Assembly (NCBI GenBank): GCA_037189525.1
Contig: JBBCJC010000001.1
Span: 32,001 to 96,000 of the forward strand
Length of the DNA: 64,000 bases
Reading direction: 5' to 3'
DNA from: Gemmatimonadales bacterium
GTDB taxonomy: Bacteria; Gemmatimonadota; Gemmatimonadetes; Gemmatimonadales; GWC2-71-9
Shown here: piece after piece, positions 17,860 through 28,347 of the stretch
How the letters are laid out: each line of letters starts with the position of its first letter
How positions within the stretch are numbered: the first letter of the stretch is position 1
Made by a program: the position numbers and the translations under genes
Notes under the pieces: generated by a model
Seen by the model: the letters and a program-made list of their open reading frames with translations, nothing else
What the model was told of the DNA's origin: nothing
Databases searched by the model: none

Positions 17860-19701
17860 CTACCGAATCACCGGCAGTTCGATGCGTGAGGGATGGGACG
17901 CGGTGTGATAAACGCGTTGGGTAGCGGAGCGGAAATCGGACTCGACTGCGTTATAGATGTCAACGAATGTTTGCGGATTGCGATCGACGAGTGGAAACCA
18001 GCTGCTCTGCACGTGCACCATGATCCGGTGGCCTTTCCTGAACGTGTGCAGTACATCGTCCGAGTTGAAGGCGACCTGCGCGACCGTGCCGGGTACGAAC
18101 GGCTCAGGCCGCGAGTAGCTGTTCCGAAACTTGCCGCGCATCACGTCCCCGCGCACCATCTCCTGAAACCCCGCGGACTGGCCCGACGTCGAATCGGGGT
18201 GGACGTCGATCAACTTCACCACCCAGTCGCTATCGGTCCCGCTCGTCGACACGAACAGCGTGGGCCGGATCGATCCAGCGACGGTAACCTCCTCGGTGAG
18301 CGGATCGCTCACATAGACCAGCACGTCGGGACGCGCGGAGCTGAAGCGCTGATCGAGCGCCATGTAGTCCGACTTCATTCCCGTAGAGCGCCCGGCGAGA
18401 AACGGAACGGGCTTGGCGGGATCACTCTGGTATTCTCGGTACGCCGGCGACTCGGCGCCAGAGGGCGCCGTAAAGGAAAGCTTACCCCCAGCGTGCAGGT
18501 ACAGAGACCGCGTGGTCACGGTCTTGGGCGGCCACGCATCGAAGGTACGCCAGCGATTCATCCCGGTCTCGAAGACCGTGGCCGTGGGAAGTTGGACCTT
18601 ACCGTCGCCGTAGAGATGAGATTCGAAGAACGAGTACTCGAGGGTGTCGCGAAAGAAGGGACCGGTGGGCACCCCGAAGCGAAGATCGCCGATCGCGTCG
18701 CCAGGCCCGCCACGGCGCCACTGGCCGTGCGACCATGGACCCAGCACGATCCGATTCGAAGTCGACGGACTCTGCCGCGCGATGGCCTCGTGAACGCGCA
18801 ACGCCCCATGCAGGTTGTTCGCGTCGTACCACCCTCCCACGGCGAGCACGGCGGGCTTGATGTTACGAAGCCTGGGCGCCAGCTGTCGCGCTTTCCAGAA
18901 GTCGTCCAGGGTCCCGTGCGCCATCATGTCGTTCCAGAACGGCGCGGACCCCTTCAGGTATAGCCGGTCGGCATTCGAGAGCGGCCCCATCGCCAGGAAA
19001 AACTCGTAGCCATCCTCGGTTCCGAACTGGAATCGCGGCCACGGTTCAGCACCAGGACTCGGCCGAGCTCGGCCGCTCGAGATGAAAAAGTTGAACGCGC
19101 TGGCCAGGAAAAACGCGCCGTGGTGATGGACGTCGTCGCCCATGAACCAATCCGCCTGCGGGGCTTGCGGTGACGCGGCCTTGAGGGCCGGATGTGCGTC
19201 GATCAGCGCAGCGGCGGTGAAGTACCCGGGGTATGAGGTGCCCCACATACCCACGTGCTCGTTGTTGTGCGGGAGGTTCTTGATCAGCCAGTCGATGGTG
19301 TCATATGCGTCGGTACTCTCATCGGTCACCCGCGCACCTGTCGTGCCGCGCCACGGGGTCATGTGGACGAAGTCGCCCTCGGACATCGAACGGCCGCGCA
19401 CGTCCTGGTAGACGAAGATGAAGCCACGATCGAGGAATCGGGGCGAGATCAGCCTGAGCGCCGGCGTGTACGACGTCGTCCCGTACGGACCCACACCATA
19501 TGGCGTGCGGGCAAGCATGATCGCATAACGCTGCGTGGTATCACGAGGCGAATAGACGGCGGTGAAGAGACGCGTCCCGTCCCGCATCGGGATGCGGTAT
19601 TCCGTCTTCACATAGCGGCTTTCGATGCCCGAGGCGTCTTGCGCTCCGCTGTCCGCCACGGGAGCCAGCCAGAGCGCACACAAGACAAAGATCGTTTTCA
19701 T
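17860..19701 (-). CDS. CocE/NonD family hydrolase (alpha-amino acid ester hydrolase / glutaryl-7-ACA acylase-like)
   Basis: Signal peptide; MRDGTRL, RTPY, QDVRGR, GTSYPG, GGWYD, GPWSHG. Confidence 0.9.
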   Translation of the reverse strand: MKTIFVLCALWLAPVADSGAQDASGIESRYVKTEYRIPMRDGTRLFTAVYSPRDTTQRYAIMLARTPYGVGPYGTTSYTPALRLISPRFLDRGFIFVYQDVRGRSMSEGDFVHMTPWRGTTGARVTDESTDAYDTIDWLIKNLPHNNEHVGMWGTSYPGYFTAAALIDAHPALKAASPQAPQADWFMGDDVHHHGAFFLASAFNFFISSGRARPSPGAEPWPRFQFGTEDGYEFFLAMGPLSNADRLYLKGSAPFWNDMMAHGTLDDFWKARQLAPRLRNIKPAVLAVGGWYDANNLHGALRVHEAIARQSPSTSNRIVLGPWSHGQWRRGGPGDAIGDLRFGVPTGPFFRDTLEYSFFESHLYGDGKVQLPTATVFETGMNRWRTFDAWPPKTVTTRSLYLHAGGKLSFTAPSGAESPAYREYQSDPAKPVPFLAGRSTGMKSDYMALDQRFSSARPDVLVYVSDPLTEEVTVAGSIRPTLFVSTSGTDSDWVVKLIDVHPDSTSGQSAGFQEMVRGDVMRGKFRNSYSRPEPFVPGTVAQVAFNSDDVLHTFRKGHRIMVHVQSSWFPLVDRNPQTFVDIYNAVESDFRSATQRVYHTASHPSRIELPVIR

Positions 19702-19826
19702 GGGAGTCCGGGCGTTGGGATCGCTGCGTCCCGACCACCCTGCACGGGACCATGATCGAGACCACAATGGTATACTACGAATCCGGGTGATCCGCAACGC
19801 AGGTGTCGTCCCGCCCCCGAAACGCC

Positions 19827-22514
19827 TTACTCTCCCCGGATCGTCACCAACGGATCCGCCCGCGCCGCGCGACGCGCGGGAATCCAGCTCGCGAGCAGCG
19901 CCACCAGGCCCAGCACCACCGGCACTCCGATGAAGGTCGCGGGATCGGTCGCCCGCACCCCGAACAGCAGATTCTCCAACCAGCGGCTGGCGACGAACGC
20001 GACCACCCAGCCGATCGCAATGCCGAGCCCGGCCAGCATTACCCCCTGACTGAGCACCAGCCGGGAGAGGTCGCTGGTGGTAGCACCAATGGCGGCGCGA
20101 ATGCCCAGTTCCCGGCTTCGCTGCGCAACGGTGGACGACACCACCCCGTAGATCCCGAGCGCAGCAAGCACCAGCGCCATCGTCGCGAAGAGGCCGACAA
20201 CCTGACCCTGGAGCCGCTGGCGCCAGAAGGACCGCAAAACCGTCCGCTCGAACGTGTCTACCTCGTAAAGCGGTACCTCCGCATCCATCGCTCGTACCAC
20301 CCGTCGCACTTCGGGCGCCAGGGCAGTCGGATCGTCGAGCGATGTCCGGATTGCGAGCGCCTGGTTCCGGCCCGGCTCGGCAAAGAAGGGGAAGTAGATC
20401 GCGGGTCCCATCACCGTCGGAAGACGATAGTGTTGGAACTCGCCGACGACGCCCACGATGGTAACCCAGGGCTCATCCGATGCGTGGTCACCAAACTTGA
20501 TCCGCTTGCCCACCGGATCCTGGCCGGGCAACTCCCGGCGGGCCAGCACCTCGTTGACGATCGCGACGCGCCCCCGCGGCTGCCAGGACCCGGTGTCGCC
20601 GATGACGTCGATGTCGTTCGCGTCGAACCATCGGCCTCGAAGCAGCGGAACCCCGATGGTGCGGAAGTACTCGGGCGAGACCGTCTGGAAATGGACATCG
20701 AGCGGATCGTGCGGAGGGCGCGGCGGCCTGCCTTCGACGGACATCTCCGCCTTCACGTCCCAGCCGCTGAACGGCAGGCCCTGAGCCGATCCCACGGCTT
20801 CGACCCCCGGCAGCGTCGCCAACCGCTCCAGCAACGTAGCGAAAAACGCGCTCCGCTCGGCCGGCGACTGGTATCGAGAATCCGGCAGGGTGACGCGAGC
20901 CGCGAGCAACCCATGCTGATCGAAGCCGAGGTTGGTAGTGGTGTAGACGCGATAGGATTTGAGCAGGAGCGTGGCGCCGATCACCAGCATGGCCGAGAGA
21001 CCCACTTCGGCCACCACGAGCGCGGCCCGCAGCCGTCCGGCGCGCTTTGAGCGCAGCGACGCGCCGGCTTGCTCACGGAACGCGCCCGCCAGATCGAGGT
21101 CGGTGGCCCGGAGCGCAGGGATGACCCCCACCACGAGCCCGGTGAGCAGCGTGATGCCCGCCGTGATGGCAACGCTCGCCGGCTCGAGATCGAGCCTGAG
21201 ATCGAAGGGCAGGCCCGCGGGAAACGCGCGCGCGAAGAGCCGGATCCCGCCGGCCGCGATGATGAGGCCCAGAGCCCCGCCTAACGTCGCGAGGGCCAGG
21301 CTCTCCACCACCAACTGGCGTACCAGGCGACGCCGGCCGGCGCCGATCGCCGCCCGCACTGCAAGTTCGCGCTCCCGAGCCGCGCCGCGCACCAGCAGCA
21401 GGTTGGCGATATTGGCGCACACGATGAGCAGCACGCAGCCGACCGCCGCGAGAAACACCTGTAGCGGGCGGCGGAGATCGCCCACCCGATCGTCGTGAAG
21501 CGACATCACGTCGGCGCGCCAACCCAGATTCTGCTTGGGATCCTCGCGCTCGAGCCCCTGCATGATCACATCCAGATCGCCCTGAGCTGCTGCCACGGTG
21601 ACACCGGGTCGCAGTCGTCCGACTGCGCCGGCATTGCTCCGGTTGCCGTGCCATTCGGTCGGCGCCGGGACGAACGGAACCCATGCCCGCTCCCGATCCG
21701 GAAAGGCGAAGCCCCTCGGCATGACCCCCACGACGACATGCGGAACGCCGTCGATCTGGATTGCCCGGCCCACGATGCTCGAATCCCCGCCGAACCGCTG
21801 AGTCCAGAGCCCGTGGCCGAGCAGCACTACGCGCTCCGCACCGAAACGCTCCTCGTCCGGTGTGAATGTGCGACCGAGCATGGGGCGGGCGCCGAGCAGG
21901 GGGAAGAGATTAGCGGTGACCGCCGCAGCGTCGACCCGCTCCGCATCGCCCGCGCCGTCGGTAAACGCGAGCGTCCACCAGGTGTACATCCCCAGCGCCG
22001 CGAAGCTGCGGTTCTGATCCCGCCAGTCGACGTAGTCGGCGTACGAGATGTTCGAGGCCTTGATACCGCGCTCCGGCACCTTGGAGTAGACCGCGACCAG
22101 CTCTTCCGGCTGCTGGTACGGCAGCGGACGCACCAGAATGGCATGGGTGACACTCGCGATCGCCGCGGTGACGCCGATTCCGAGCCCCATGCAGGCGACC
22201 GCGAGCACCGTGAAGCCCGGGCTCCTGCGCAGCAGCCGGAATGCGAAACGCACGTCGGCCAGGAGGTCGCCGACCCGCTCACGACGCCGTCGGCGGCGCT
22301 GCTGCGCCCCGTCGATCGCGATGCAATTCGCCCGAACCTCACCCACTGATCCGAACCGGCGGAGCGCTTCGGTTCGAGCCTGCTCAGCTGGCACGCCGTG
22401 GGCCTCCAGCTCCCGTGCCAGCTCCTCGACATGAAACTGGAGCTCAGTGTCGACCTCGGCGGGGAGATCGGGCCGGAGGACGCGCCGCAGCCGGCGCCAG
22501 CCGTCGCTGGTCAT
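19827..22514 (-). CDS. ADOP-family duplicated ABC permease (MacB/FtsX-type)
   Basis: Permease-prefix (EVDTELQFHVE...EALRRFG), VLLIVCANIANLLL, RELAVRAAIGA, ELGIRAAIGA, ARRAARADP. Confidence 0.9.
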   Translation of the reverse strand: MTSDGWRRLRRVLRPDLPAEVDTELQFHVEELARELEAHGVPAEQARTEALRRFGSVGEVRANCIAIDGAQQRRRRRRERVGDLLADVRFAFRLLRRSPGFTVLAVACMGLGIGVTAAIASVTHAILVRPLPYQQPEELVAVYSKVPERGIKASNISYADYVDWRDQNRSFAALGMYTWWTLAFTDGAGDAERVDAAAVTANLFPLLGARPMLGRTFTPDEERFGAERVVLLGHGLWTQRFGGDSSIVGRAIQIDGVPHVVVGVMPRGFAFPDRERAWVPFVPAPTEWHGNRSNAGAVGRLRPGVTVAAAQGDLDVIMQGLEREDPKQNLGWRADVMSLHDDRVGDLRRPLQVFLAAVGCVLLIVCANIANLLLVRGAARERELAVRAAIGAGRRRLVRQLVVESLALATLGGALGLIIAAGGIRLFARAFPAGLPFDLRLDLEPASVAITAGITLLTGLVVGVIPALRATDLDLAGAFREQAGASLRSKRAGRLRAALVVAEVGLSAMLVIGATLLLKSYRVYTTTNLGFDQHGLLAARVTLPDSRYQSPAERSAFFATLLERLATLPGVEAVGSAQGLPFSGWDVKAEMSVEGRPPRPPHDPLDVHFQTVSPEYFRTIGVPLLRGRWFDANDIDVIGDTGSWQPRGRVAIVNEVLARRELPGQDPVGKRIKFGDHASDEPWVTIVGVVGEFQHYRLPTVMGPAIYFPFFAEPGRNQALAIRTSLDDPTALAPEVRRVVRAMDAEVPLYEVDTFERTVLRSFWRQRLQGQVVGLFATMALVLAALGIYGVVSSTVAQRSRELGIRAAIGATTSDLSRLVLSQGVMLAGLGIAIGWVVAFVASRWLENLLFGVRATDPATFIGVPVVLGLVALLASWIPARRAARADPLVTIRGE

Positions 22515-22849
22515 GAGGCCGGTTGCTGGTTGGCCCGGAGCACCTTGCTCACCGCGCTCACGAATCCGGACCATTCCGCGGACTCCTCACGCAGCGCCTT
22601 ACGACCCCGGGCGGTGAGCCGGTAGAAGCGGGCCTTGCGGTTGCGCTCCGAGATCCGCCATTCGGACGCAATGGCACCGCGAGCCTCGAGCCGGTGCAAG
22701 GCCGGGTAGAGCGAGCCTTCGCCGACGGTGAGGGCCTGATCGGTGAGTTGCTCGATCCAGCGGGCGACGGCGTAACCGTGGGCAGGCCCCCAGCTCAACG
22801 CCTTGAGGATGAGGAGATCGAGGGTGCCCTGGAGCAAGTCGAGAGGCAT
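22511..22849 (-). CDS. PadR family transcriptional regulator (acidobacterial type)
   Basis: LLQGTLDLLILKAL, HGY, EGSLYPALHRLE, RKARFYRLT; 4-bp overlap with the permease start. Confidence 0.92.
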   Translation of the reverse strand: MPLDLLQGTLDLLILKALSWGPAHGYAVARWIEQLTDQALTVGEGSLYPALHRLEARGAIASEWRISERNRKARFYRLTARGRKALREESAEWSGFVSAVSKVLRANQQPAS

Positions 22850-22908
22850 GAGTGCGACGACCGATCGATGGATCAGTGGACGAGGATGGCGAGGGACAGC
22901 TCGCCGTG

Positions 22909-22950
22909 TCGTCTATACAATGAAGAGCGATGCATCGAATGTCAATGTAA
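22909..22950 (-). promoter_or_regulatory. Putative sigma70 promoter (TTGACA-N17-CATTGT) with two overlapping imperfect N9-spaced palindromes
   Basis: Minus strand TTACAT-TGACATTCG-ATGCAT and CTCT-TCATTGTAT-AGAC upstream of padR. Confidence 0.5.
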
Positions 22951-23088
22951 ATGCCATGCGTGCCCCCGGTGGGCGGCGGACCACCGCATTGCCCCATCCC
23001 GCAACGAGCCGGCGCGGATCGCGCCCTACTCTCGGCCGGCGCGACTACCTAGACTTCCGCAGCCCCCGATCCATCACGAGGCAATACC

Positions 23089-24843
23089 GTGGCACCGCAT
23101 CCCGTCACCGTTGTGGCACTTTGTCTCGGCCTGATCGGCGCCGTTCCGCCGATCAGTTCAGCGCCGATCGTCGTCGATTACGACCACCCGGTCCAGCTCT
23201 CGGACGGGGTCCGCCTCTCGGTCGACATCTACCGCCCCGACTCCGCCGGGCGCTTTCCCGTCATCGTCTCCCGGACACCCTACGACAACGCCCGCGACCC
23301 GAACGGCCGATACTTCGCCGAGCGCGGGTATGTGTACGTGGCGGTCGACGTCCGCGGCCGTTACGACTCCGAAGGGAGTTTCACGCCGTACGCCACGGAA
23401 GGGCGCGACGGTTACGACGTGGTCCAATGGGCGGCCGCGCAACCCTGGTCCGACGGCCGAGTGGGGACGACCGGCGCATCGTACCTGGGGTTCTCACAGT
23501 GGCTCACCGCGCGGGAGCGACCGCCCGCGCTCAAGGCCATGGTGGTGATGGTCTCACCGGTCGACTACTACGACAGCCCGGTCCACACCGGCGGCGCCTT
23601 CAACCTGGGTGGTCGGCTTCCCTGGGCCGCGCTGGTGAGCGCGCGGACCAACCAGGCGATCGACGCCCACGACTGGGAGCGCGCCCTCCGTCACCTTCCG
23701 CTCGAAACCGCGGACCGGGTCATCGGACGCCACCTGCCCGCCTATCGCGACTGGGTGACGAATCCCGACCGGAACGACTACTGGGCCCGCTTCTCGCTCG
23801 AGGGGCGTTGGGGTGACATCGGTGTGCCGATCTATCACGTAGGTGGCTGGTACGACGAGTTTCACCGGGGGACCCTGCGAGGCTTCACCCAGATGCGCCG
23901 GCACGCCGCGACGTCGGAGGCCCGGACGAACCAACAGCTCCTGATCGGCCCCTGGACCCATGCGATCAGCACGACCCGGAAGGTCGGCGTGGTCGACTTC
24001 GGAGCGGAATCGCTGCTCGACCTGCGCGCTGAGCAGCTGCGCTGGTTCGACCGGCATCTGAAGGGCAAAGCCGAGGTGAATGTGCCCAGCAAGCGAGTCC
24101 GGGTCTTCGACTTAGGCGCCAGGGCGTGGCGATCTTTCGATGACTGGCCCGCACCCGCGGCAATCGAGACCCGCTGGTACCTGAGCGGCCCCGGCACGGC
24201 GAAAGGCGCGGCGGGCGGTCGAGTCGATTCCATTCTACCAGGCGCCGAGCCGCCCGATCGGTACCGGTACGACCCCGCCGATCCGACCCCGTCGTCGGGT
24301 GGCGCCACGTGTTGTGTCGTGCCGGGGCTGTATCCCGAGATCATGCAGTGGGGACCACAGGACCAGCGTACGGTCGAACAGCGAAGCGATGTCCTCGTAT
24401 ATACGAGCGCGCCGCTCACGCGAGACCTGACCGTGGCCGGGCCAGTGACGGTCCGGCTCTACGCCTCGACCTCGGCCCGCGACACCGACTTCACCGCCAA
24501 GCTGGTCGATGTGCTTCCCGACGGGACGGCCATCAATCTCGCGGACGGGATCATCCGGGGGCGGTACCGGGAATCCACGACCACGCCCACCTTACTCGAG
24601 CCTGGCCGGGTCTATCCATTCGAGATCGACCTCGGCGCGACCGCGAACACGTTTCGCACCGGGCATCGGATCAGGATCGAGATCGCGAGCGCCAACTTCC
24701 CGTGGTACGACCGGAACCTCAACACCGGCGGCGACCTCGCGCGCGAAACCCGGATGCAGGTGGCCGATCAGACGGTCTATCACGACGCAACCCGTGCGTC
24801 ATACGTCTCACTGTTCGTCCTCCCGGCGACGGGGGCGAGATAG
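23089..24843 (+). CDS. CocE/NonD family hydrolase
   Basis: Signal peptide; SRTPY, DVRGR, GASYLG, GGWYD, GPWTH, GGATCC. Confidence 0.9.
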   Translation: MAPHPVTVVALCLGLIGAVPPISSAPIVVDYDHPVQLSDGVRLSVDIYRPDSAGRFPVIVSRTPYDNARDPNGRYFAERGYVYVAVDVRGRYDSEGSFTPYATEGRDGYDVVQWAAAQPWSDGRVGTTGASYLGFSQWLTARERPPALKAMVVMVSPVDYYDSPVHTGGAFNLGGRLPWAALVSARTNQAIDAHDWERALRHLPLETADRVIGRHLPAYRDWVTNPDRNDYWARFSLEGRWGDIGVPIYHVGGWYDEFHRGTLRGFTQMRRHAATSEARTNQQLLIGPWTHAISTTRKVGVVDFGAESLLDLRAEQLRWFDRHLKGKAEVNVPSKRVRVFDLGARAWRSFDDWPAPAAIETRWYLSGPGTAKGAAGGRVDSILPGAEPPDRYRYDPADPTPSSGGATCCVVPGLYPEIMQWGPQDQRTVEQRSDVLVYTSAPLTRDLTVAGPVTVRLYASTSARDTDFTAKLVDVLPDGTAINLADGIIRGRYRESTTTPTLLEPGRVYPFEIDLGATANTFRTGHRIRIEIASANFPWYDRNLNTGGDLARETRMQVADQTVYHDATRASYVSLFVLPATGAR

Positions 24844-25013
24844 CAGGCGCAGCGCATGTACTACGCGTACGCGAGTATCCCAGGCAGACTCGTCTGTCTC
24901 ATGGCTGTTGCAGCCGCGGCGCAGGCGTGTCGCGAGGGGAGTGAGGCCCTGCCGTCCTGGAGCGCTGTTGCCTACAATGCGTTCGTCACGTGTAAGGAGT
25001 GCGAGTCCGAAAA

Positions 25014-25949
25014 ATGGAACGACGACCTTTTCTGAAGCTCGCTCTCCTGGCAGGAGCATCTGCGGCATCGGGCGGCATTCGCAGCATCGCTGCGCAGGAC
25101 GAAGCGCCGAGTGTCGCGTTGACGTTCGACGACTTCAACATCTTCGATGTGCCGGCGCTTTCCGGAGCAGCGCGGAACCGGTCGATACTGGATGCTCTCC
25201 AGGCGAGCAATCTACGGAGTGCCGTCTTCGTGACCGCACGGAACGTCGAAAGCGCCGCGTCGATGCGACTGCTCGAGTCCTGGAACGAGGCCGGCCACCT
25301 CATCGGCAACCATACCTACACCCATCCCCGATACAGCCGAACTCCGTTCGATGATTTTGCTGCGGACTTTCTTCGATGTGATGGGGTCTTGCGCCGCCTA
25401 TCACAGTTTCAGAAATGGTTTCGCTTTCCGTATCTCGATGAGGGCACCACGGCCGAACAGCGAGACCGCATGCGGGCCTTCCTCGCGGCGGAGGACTACC
25501 GCAACGGCCATGTCACGATCGACGCATCAGACTGGTATGTCGATGGCCGGCTGCGAACGAGACTTGCCGCGCAGCCGAACACGGATGTGTCGCCCTACCG
25601 TCAATTCTACCTCGATCACATCTGGGAGCGGGCGCAGTTCTACGACGACCTGTCACGACAGGTCCTCGGCCGGAGTGTCCGGCACGTTCTCCTCCTCCAT
25701 CATAACGTCCTGAATGGCATGTTCCTGACAAATCTGATCCAGATGTTCAAGGCCAAGGGGTGGAAGGTCATCGACGCCCAGGAGGCCTTCACGGACTCCG
25801 TGTTCACAGCGGTGCCCGACGTGCTGCCGGCCGGCCAGAGCCTGGTATGGTCGCTCGCCAAGCAGACGGGACGCTTCGATGATGTTTTGCGTTATCCTGG
25901 AGAAGACGGCACGTACGAGGCCGCCAAGATGGATGCGCTGGGACTCTGA
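25014..25949 (+). CDS. Polysaccharide deacetylase (CE4/NodB-like), Tat-like signal
   Basis: ERRPFLK N-terminus; LTFDD, GNHTYTH, FRFPY, LLLH motifs; AAGGAG upstream. Confidence 0.88.
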   Translation: MERRPFLKLALLAGASAASGGIRSIAAQDEAPSVALTFDDFNIFDVPALSGAARNRSILDALQASNLRSAVFVTARNVESAASMRLLESWNEAGHLIGNHTYTHPRYSRTPFDDFAADFLRCDGVLRRLSQFQKWFRFPYLDEGTTAEQRDRMRAFLAAEDYRNGHVTIDASDWYVDGRLRTRLAAQPNTDVSPYRQFYLDHIWERAQFYDDLSRQVLGRSVRHVLLLHHNVLNGMFLTNLIQMFKAKGWKVIDAQEAFTDSVFTAVPDVLPAGQSLVWSLAKQTGRFDDVLRYPGEDGTYEAAKMDALGL

Positions 25950-25995
25950 CCAGCGTCCAAACCGAGACCCTTCTCATTGCTGACTGGGTACCCCG

Positions 25996-26454
25996 ATGCG
26001 CTTCGCTACCATCATCGCCTCCGTTCTGGTGATCACCATCGCGGGTGAACTACGAGCGCAAGCCGCACCCGCATTGCTTCCATCGATCACACTATCGCCG
26101 GAGCTCGACCGGGTACTCCGTGACTATGAAACGGCCTGGCGCCGCGGCGATCCGGTAGCGCTGGCTGCGCTCTTCGCCGAGGATGGCTTCATCCTGCAAG
26201 GCGGCCGCGCACCCGTCCGCGGACGAGGCGCGATCCAGACGGCCTACACGGGCCAGGGCGGCGGGCCACTCCGCCTGCGAGCGCTCGCGGCAGCGACCGC
26301 GGACACGGTGGGCTACATCATCGGTGCGTACGGCTACGGCGACGCGCCAGGTGACCAGGGCAAGTTCACCCTGACGCTCCGCCGAGGAGCCGACGGGCGG
26401 TGGCTCATCTTTTCGGACATGGACAACCCGAGCCAACCGCCGCAAGGCCGTTAG
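25996..26454 (+). CDS. Exported DUF4440/SnoaL-like (YybH) protein
   Basis: Signal peptide; AWRRGD...LFAEDG...VRGRGAI...GRWLI. Confidence 0.82.
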   Translation: MRFATIIASVLVITIAGELRAQAAPALLPSITLSPELDRVLRDYETAWRRGDPVALAALFAEDGFILQGGRAPVRGRGAIQTAYTGQGGGPLRLRALAAATADTVGYIIGAYGYGDAPGDQGKFTLTLRRGADGRWLIFSDMDNPSQPPQGR

Positions 26455-26466
26455 GCGGTCTCACGC

Positions 26467-28299
26467 ATGATCACACGAATCGGCATCGCGCTCCGGCAAC
26501 GGAGATTCTTCCCCGCCCTGATCCTGGCCTTGGCCATAACACCGGCAGCCGCACAGAAACCCGACCCCGGGGCGTACTCCCCGGGCACGCACATGGTTCG
26601 GGAAATCCGTAATCGGATGGTCTCGATGCGGGATGGCGTTCGGGTCTCGGTCGACCTCTATCTCCCCGACTCGGTCGACCGCGCCGCGACACTCGTCTCC
26701 ATGACGCCGTACGACAACAGCAGCCCCGGTGCACGAAACAACGGTCGCTGGTGGGCGCAGCACGGATACGCAGTGGTGATTGCCGATGTGCGCGGCCGCT
26801 TCGATTCGGAGGGTACTTCGGACCCCTTTGCGGCGACGCTCAAACACGACGGCTACGATCTGGTCGAATGGGCCGCGCGCCAGCCCTTCAGCAACGGTCG
26901 CGTCGGAATGATCGGCGCATCCTACGGCGGGTGGACGCAGTGGTGGACTGCGAGTCTCGCGCCGCCCTCGCTCAAGGCGATCGCTCCTCTGGTCGCCCCT
27001 CCCGATCCCTTCGAGAATGCTCCCTATCAGCATGGTCTGCTGGTCGGCTGGGTCATGGATTGGGCGACAGGACTGGCGGGGCGAACGTTGCAGGTCACCG
27101 ACACCGGCGCCTACTGGGGCTGGAACGCATCGCGACGGGCCGCTCTCATGCGAGCTCCGTATCTCGATCTGCTGACCAACCGCGGCGTCGAGAACGCCCC
27201 GTGGTTTGCCACCTGGATTCGGGACAACCTTGCTACCAGCCCCTACTGGCAGGCGGTCAGCTATCAGGGCGCCGAGTCGTGTGCGCGGATGACAGTCCCG
27301 TCGATCAACGTGACCGGGTGGTTCGATGCCAACCATCCGGGCGCGCCGGCCAACTTCCGGTGCATGGCCGACCACGGCGGCTCCACAGCGGCGCGGCACC
27401 CGGCACTGATCATCGGCCCGTGGACCCACGCGACCAACGCCCGGACCGAAGACGGCCGCGACTATGGCGGCGACGCGCTGATCGATCTGAACGGATATCT
27501 CGCGCGCTGGTTCGACTACCATCTCAAGGGAATCGACAACGGGGTGACTAACGACCCGCGCGTCTACCTCTTCGTGATGGGCGAGAACCGCTGGCGCCGA
27601 GCGTCGGACTGGCCGTTGCCGGAGACGCAGTGGACCAAGTACTACCTGACGAGCGGCGGCCGAGCCAATTCGGACCGGGGCGATGGCCAGCTCAGCATCC
27701 GCCTGCCCACCCGCGACGGCACCGATCGCTATCGCTACGACCCCGCCGACCCGACTCCCTCGGCCGGTACCGAGAATGGGCATATCACGGGGGCCGCAGA
27801 TGTGCGCAGTTCATCGGGCCGTGCGGATGTACTGGTGTACCAGACCCCTGCCCTCACCGAGCCGGTCACCATGATCGGCCCGATCGAAGCGGTGCTCTAC
27901 GCCGCGACGTCCGCGCGCGACACCGACCGGACGGTCCGGCTCGTGGATGTCCATCCCGATGGCTACGCAGCGCTGCTTGCGGACGGTGTCATCCGGGCGC
28001 GGAGCCGGGATCCCGGAAACGAAGGGCGGTTCACGGCGACAGCGCTGTCGACGATCGTGCCCGACAGCACCTATCGGTACACGATCCGGTTCTGGCGCGG
28101 GGTGGCGAACGTGTTCAAGCCGGGGCACCGGATTCGGGTGGAGATTTCGAGCAGCTGGTTCCCCTATTATCTGCGGAACCTGAATTCCGGGGCGGACAAC
28201 GTCGGGCTGGTGCGGGAGGACGAAGCGGTCGTGGCCGAGCAGCGCATCAGGCACGGAGGGCGGCATCCGTCCCATCTGTTCTTTCCGATCGTTCCCTAG
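26467..28299 (+). CDS. CocE/NonD family hydrolase
   Basis: Signal peptide; MRDGVR, TPY, DVRGR, GASYGG, GWFD, GPWTH. Confidence 0.9.
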   Translation: MITRIGIALRQRRFFPALILALAITPAAAQKPDPGAYSPGTHMVREIRNRMVSMRDGVRVSVDLYLPDSVDRAATLVSMTPYDNSSPGARNNGRWWAQHGYAVVIADVRGRFDSEGTSDPFAATLKHDGYDLVEWAARQPFSNGRVGMIGASYGGWTQWWTASLAPPSLKAIAPLVAPPDPFENAPYQHGLLVGWVMDWATGLAGRTLQVTDTGAYWGWNASRRAALMRAPYLDLLTNRGVENAPWFATWIRDNLATSPYWQAVSYQGAESCARMTVPSINVTGWFDANHPGAPANFRCMADHGGSTAARHPALIIGPWTHATNARTEDGRDYGGDALIDLNGYLARWFDYHLKGIDNGVTNDPRVYLFVMGENRWRRASDWPLPETQWTKYYLTSGGRANSDRGDGQLSIRLPTRDGTDRYRYDPADPTPSAGTENGHITGAADVRSSSGRADVLVYQTPALTEPVTMIGPIEAVLYAATSARDTDRTVRLVDVHPDGYAALLADGVIRARSRDPGNEGRFTATALSTIVPDSTYRYTIRFWRGVANVFKPGHRIRVEISSSWFPYYLRNLNSGADNVGLVREDEAVVAEQRIRHGGRHPSHLFFPIVP

Positions 28300-28347
28300 C
28301 CCCCATACCGAGGCCCGGCAGCAGGGTGCCCGATGCGCACACGAACC

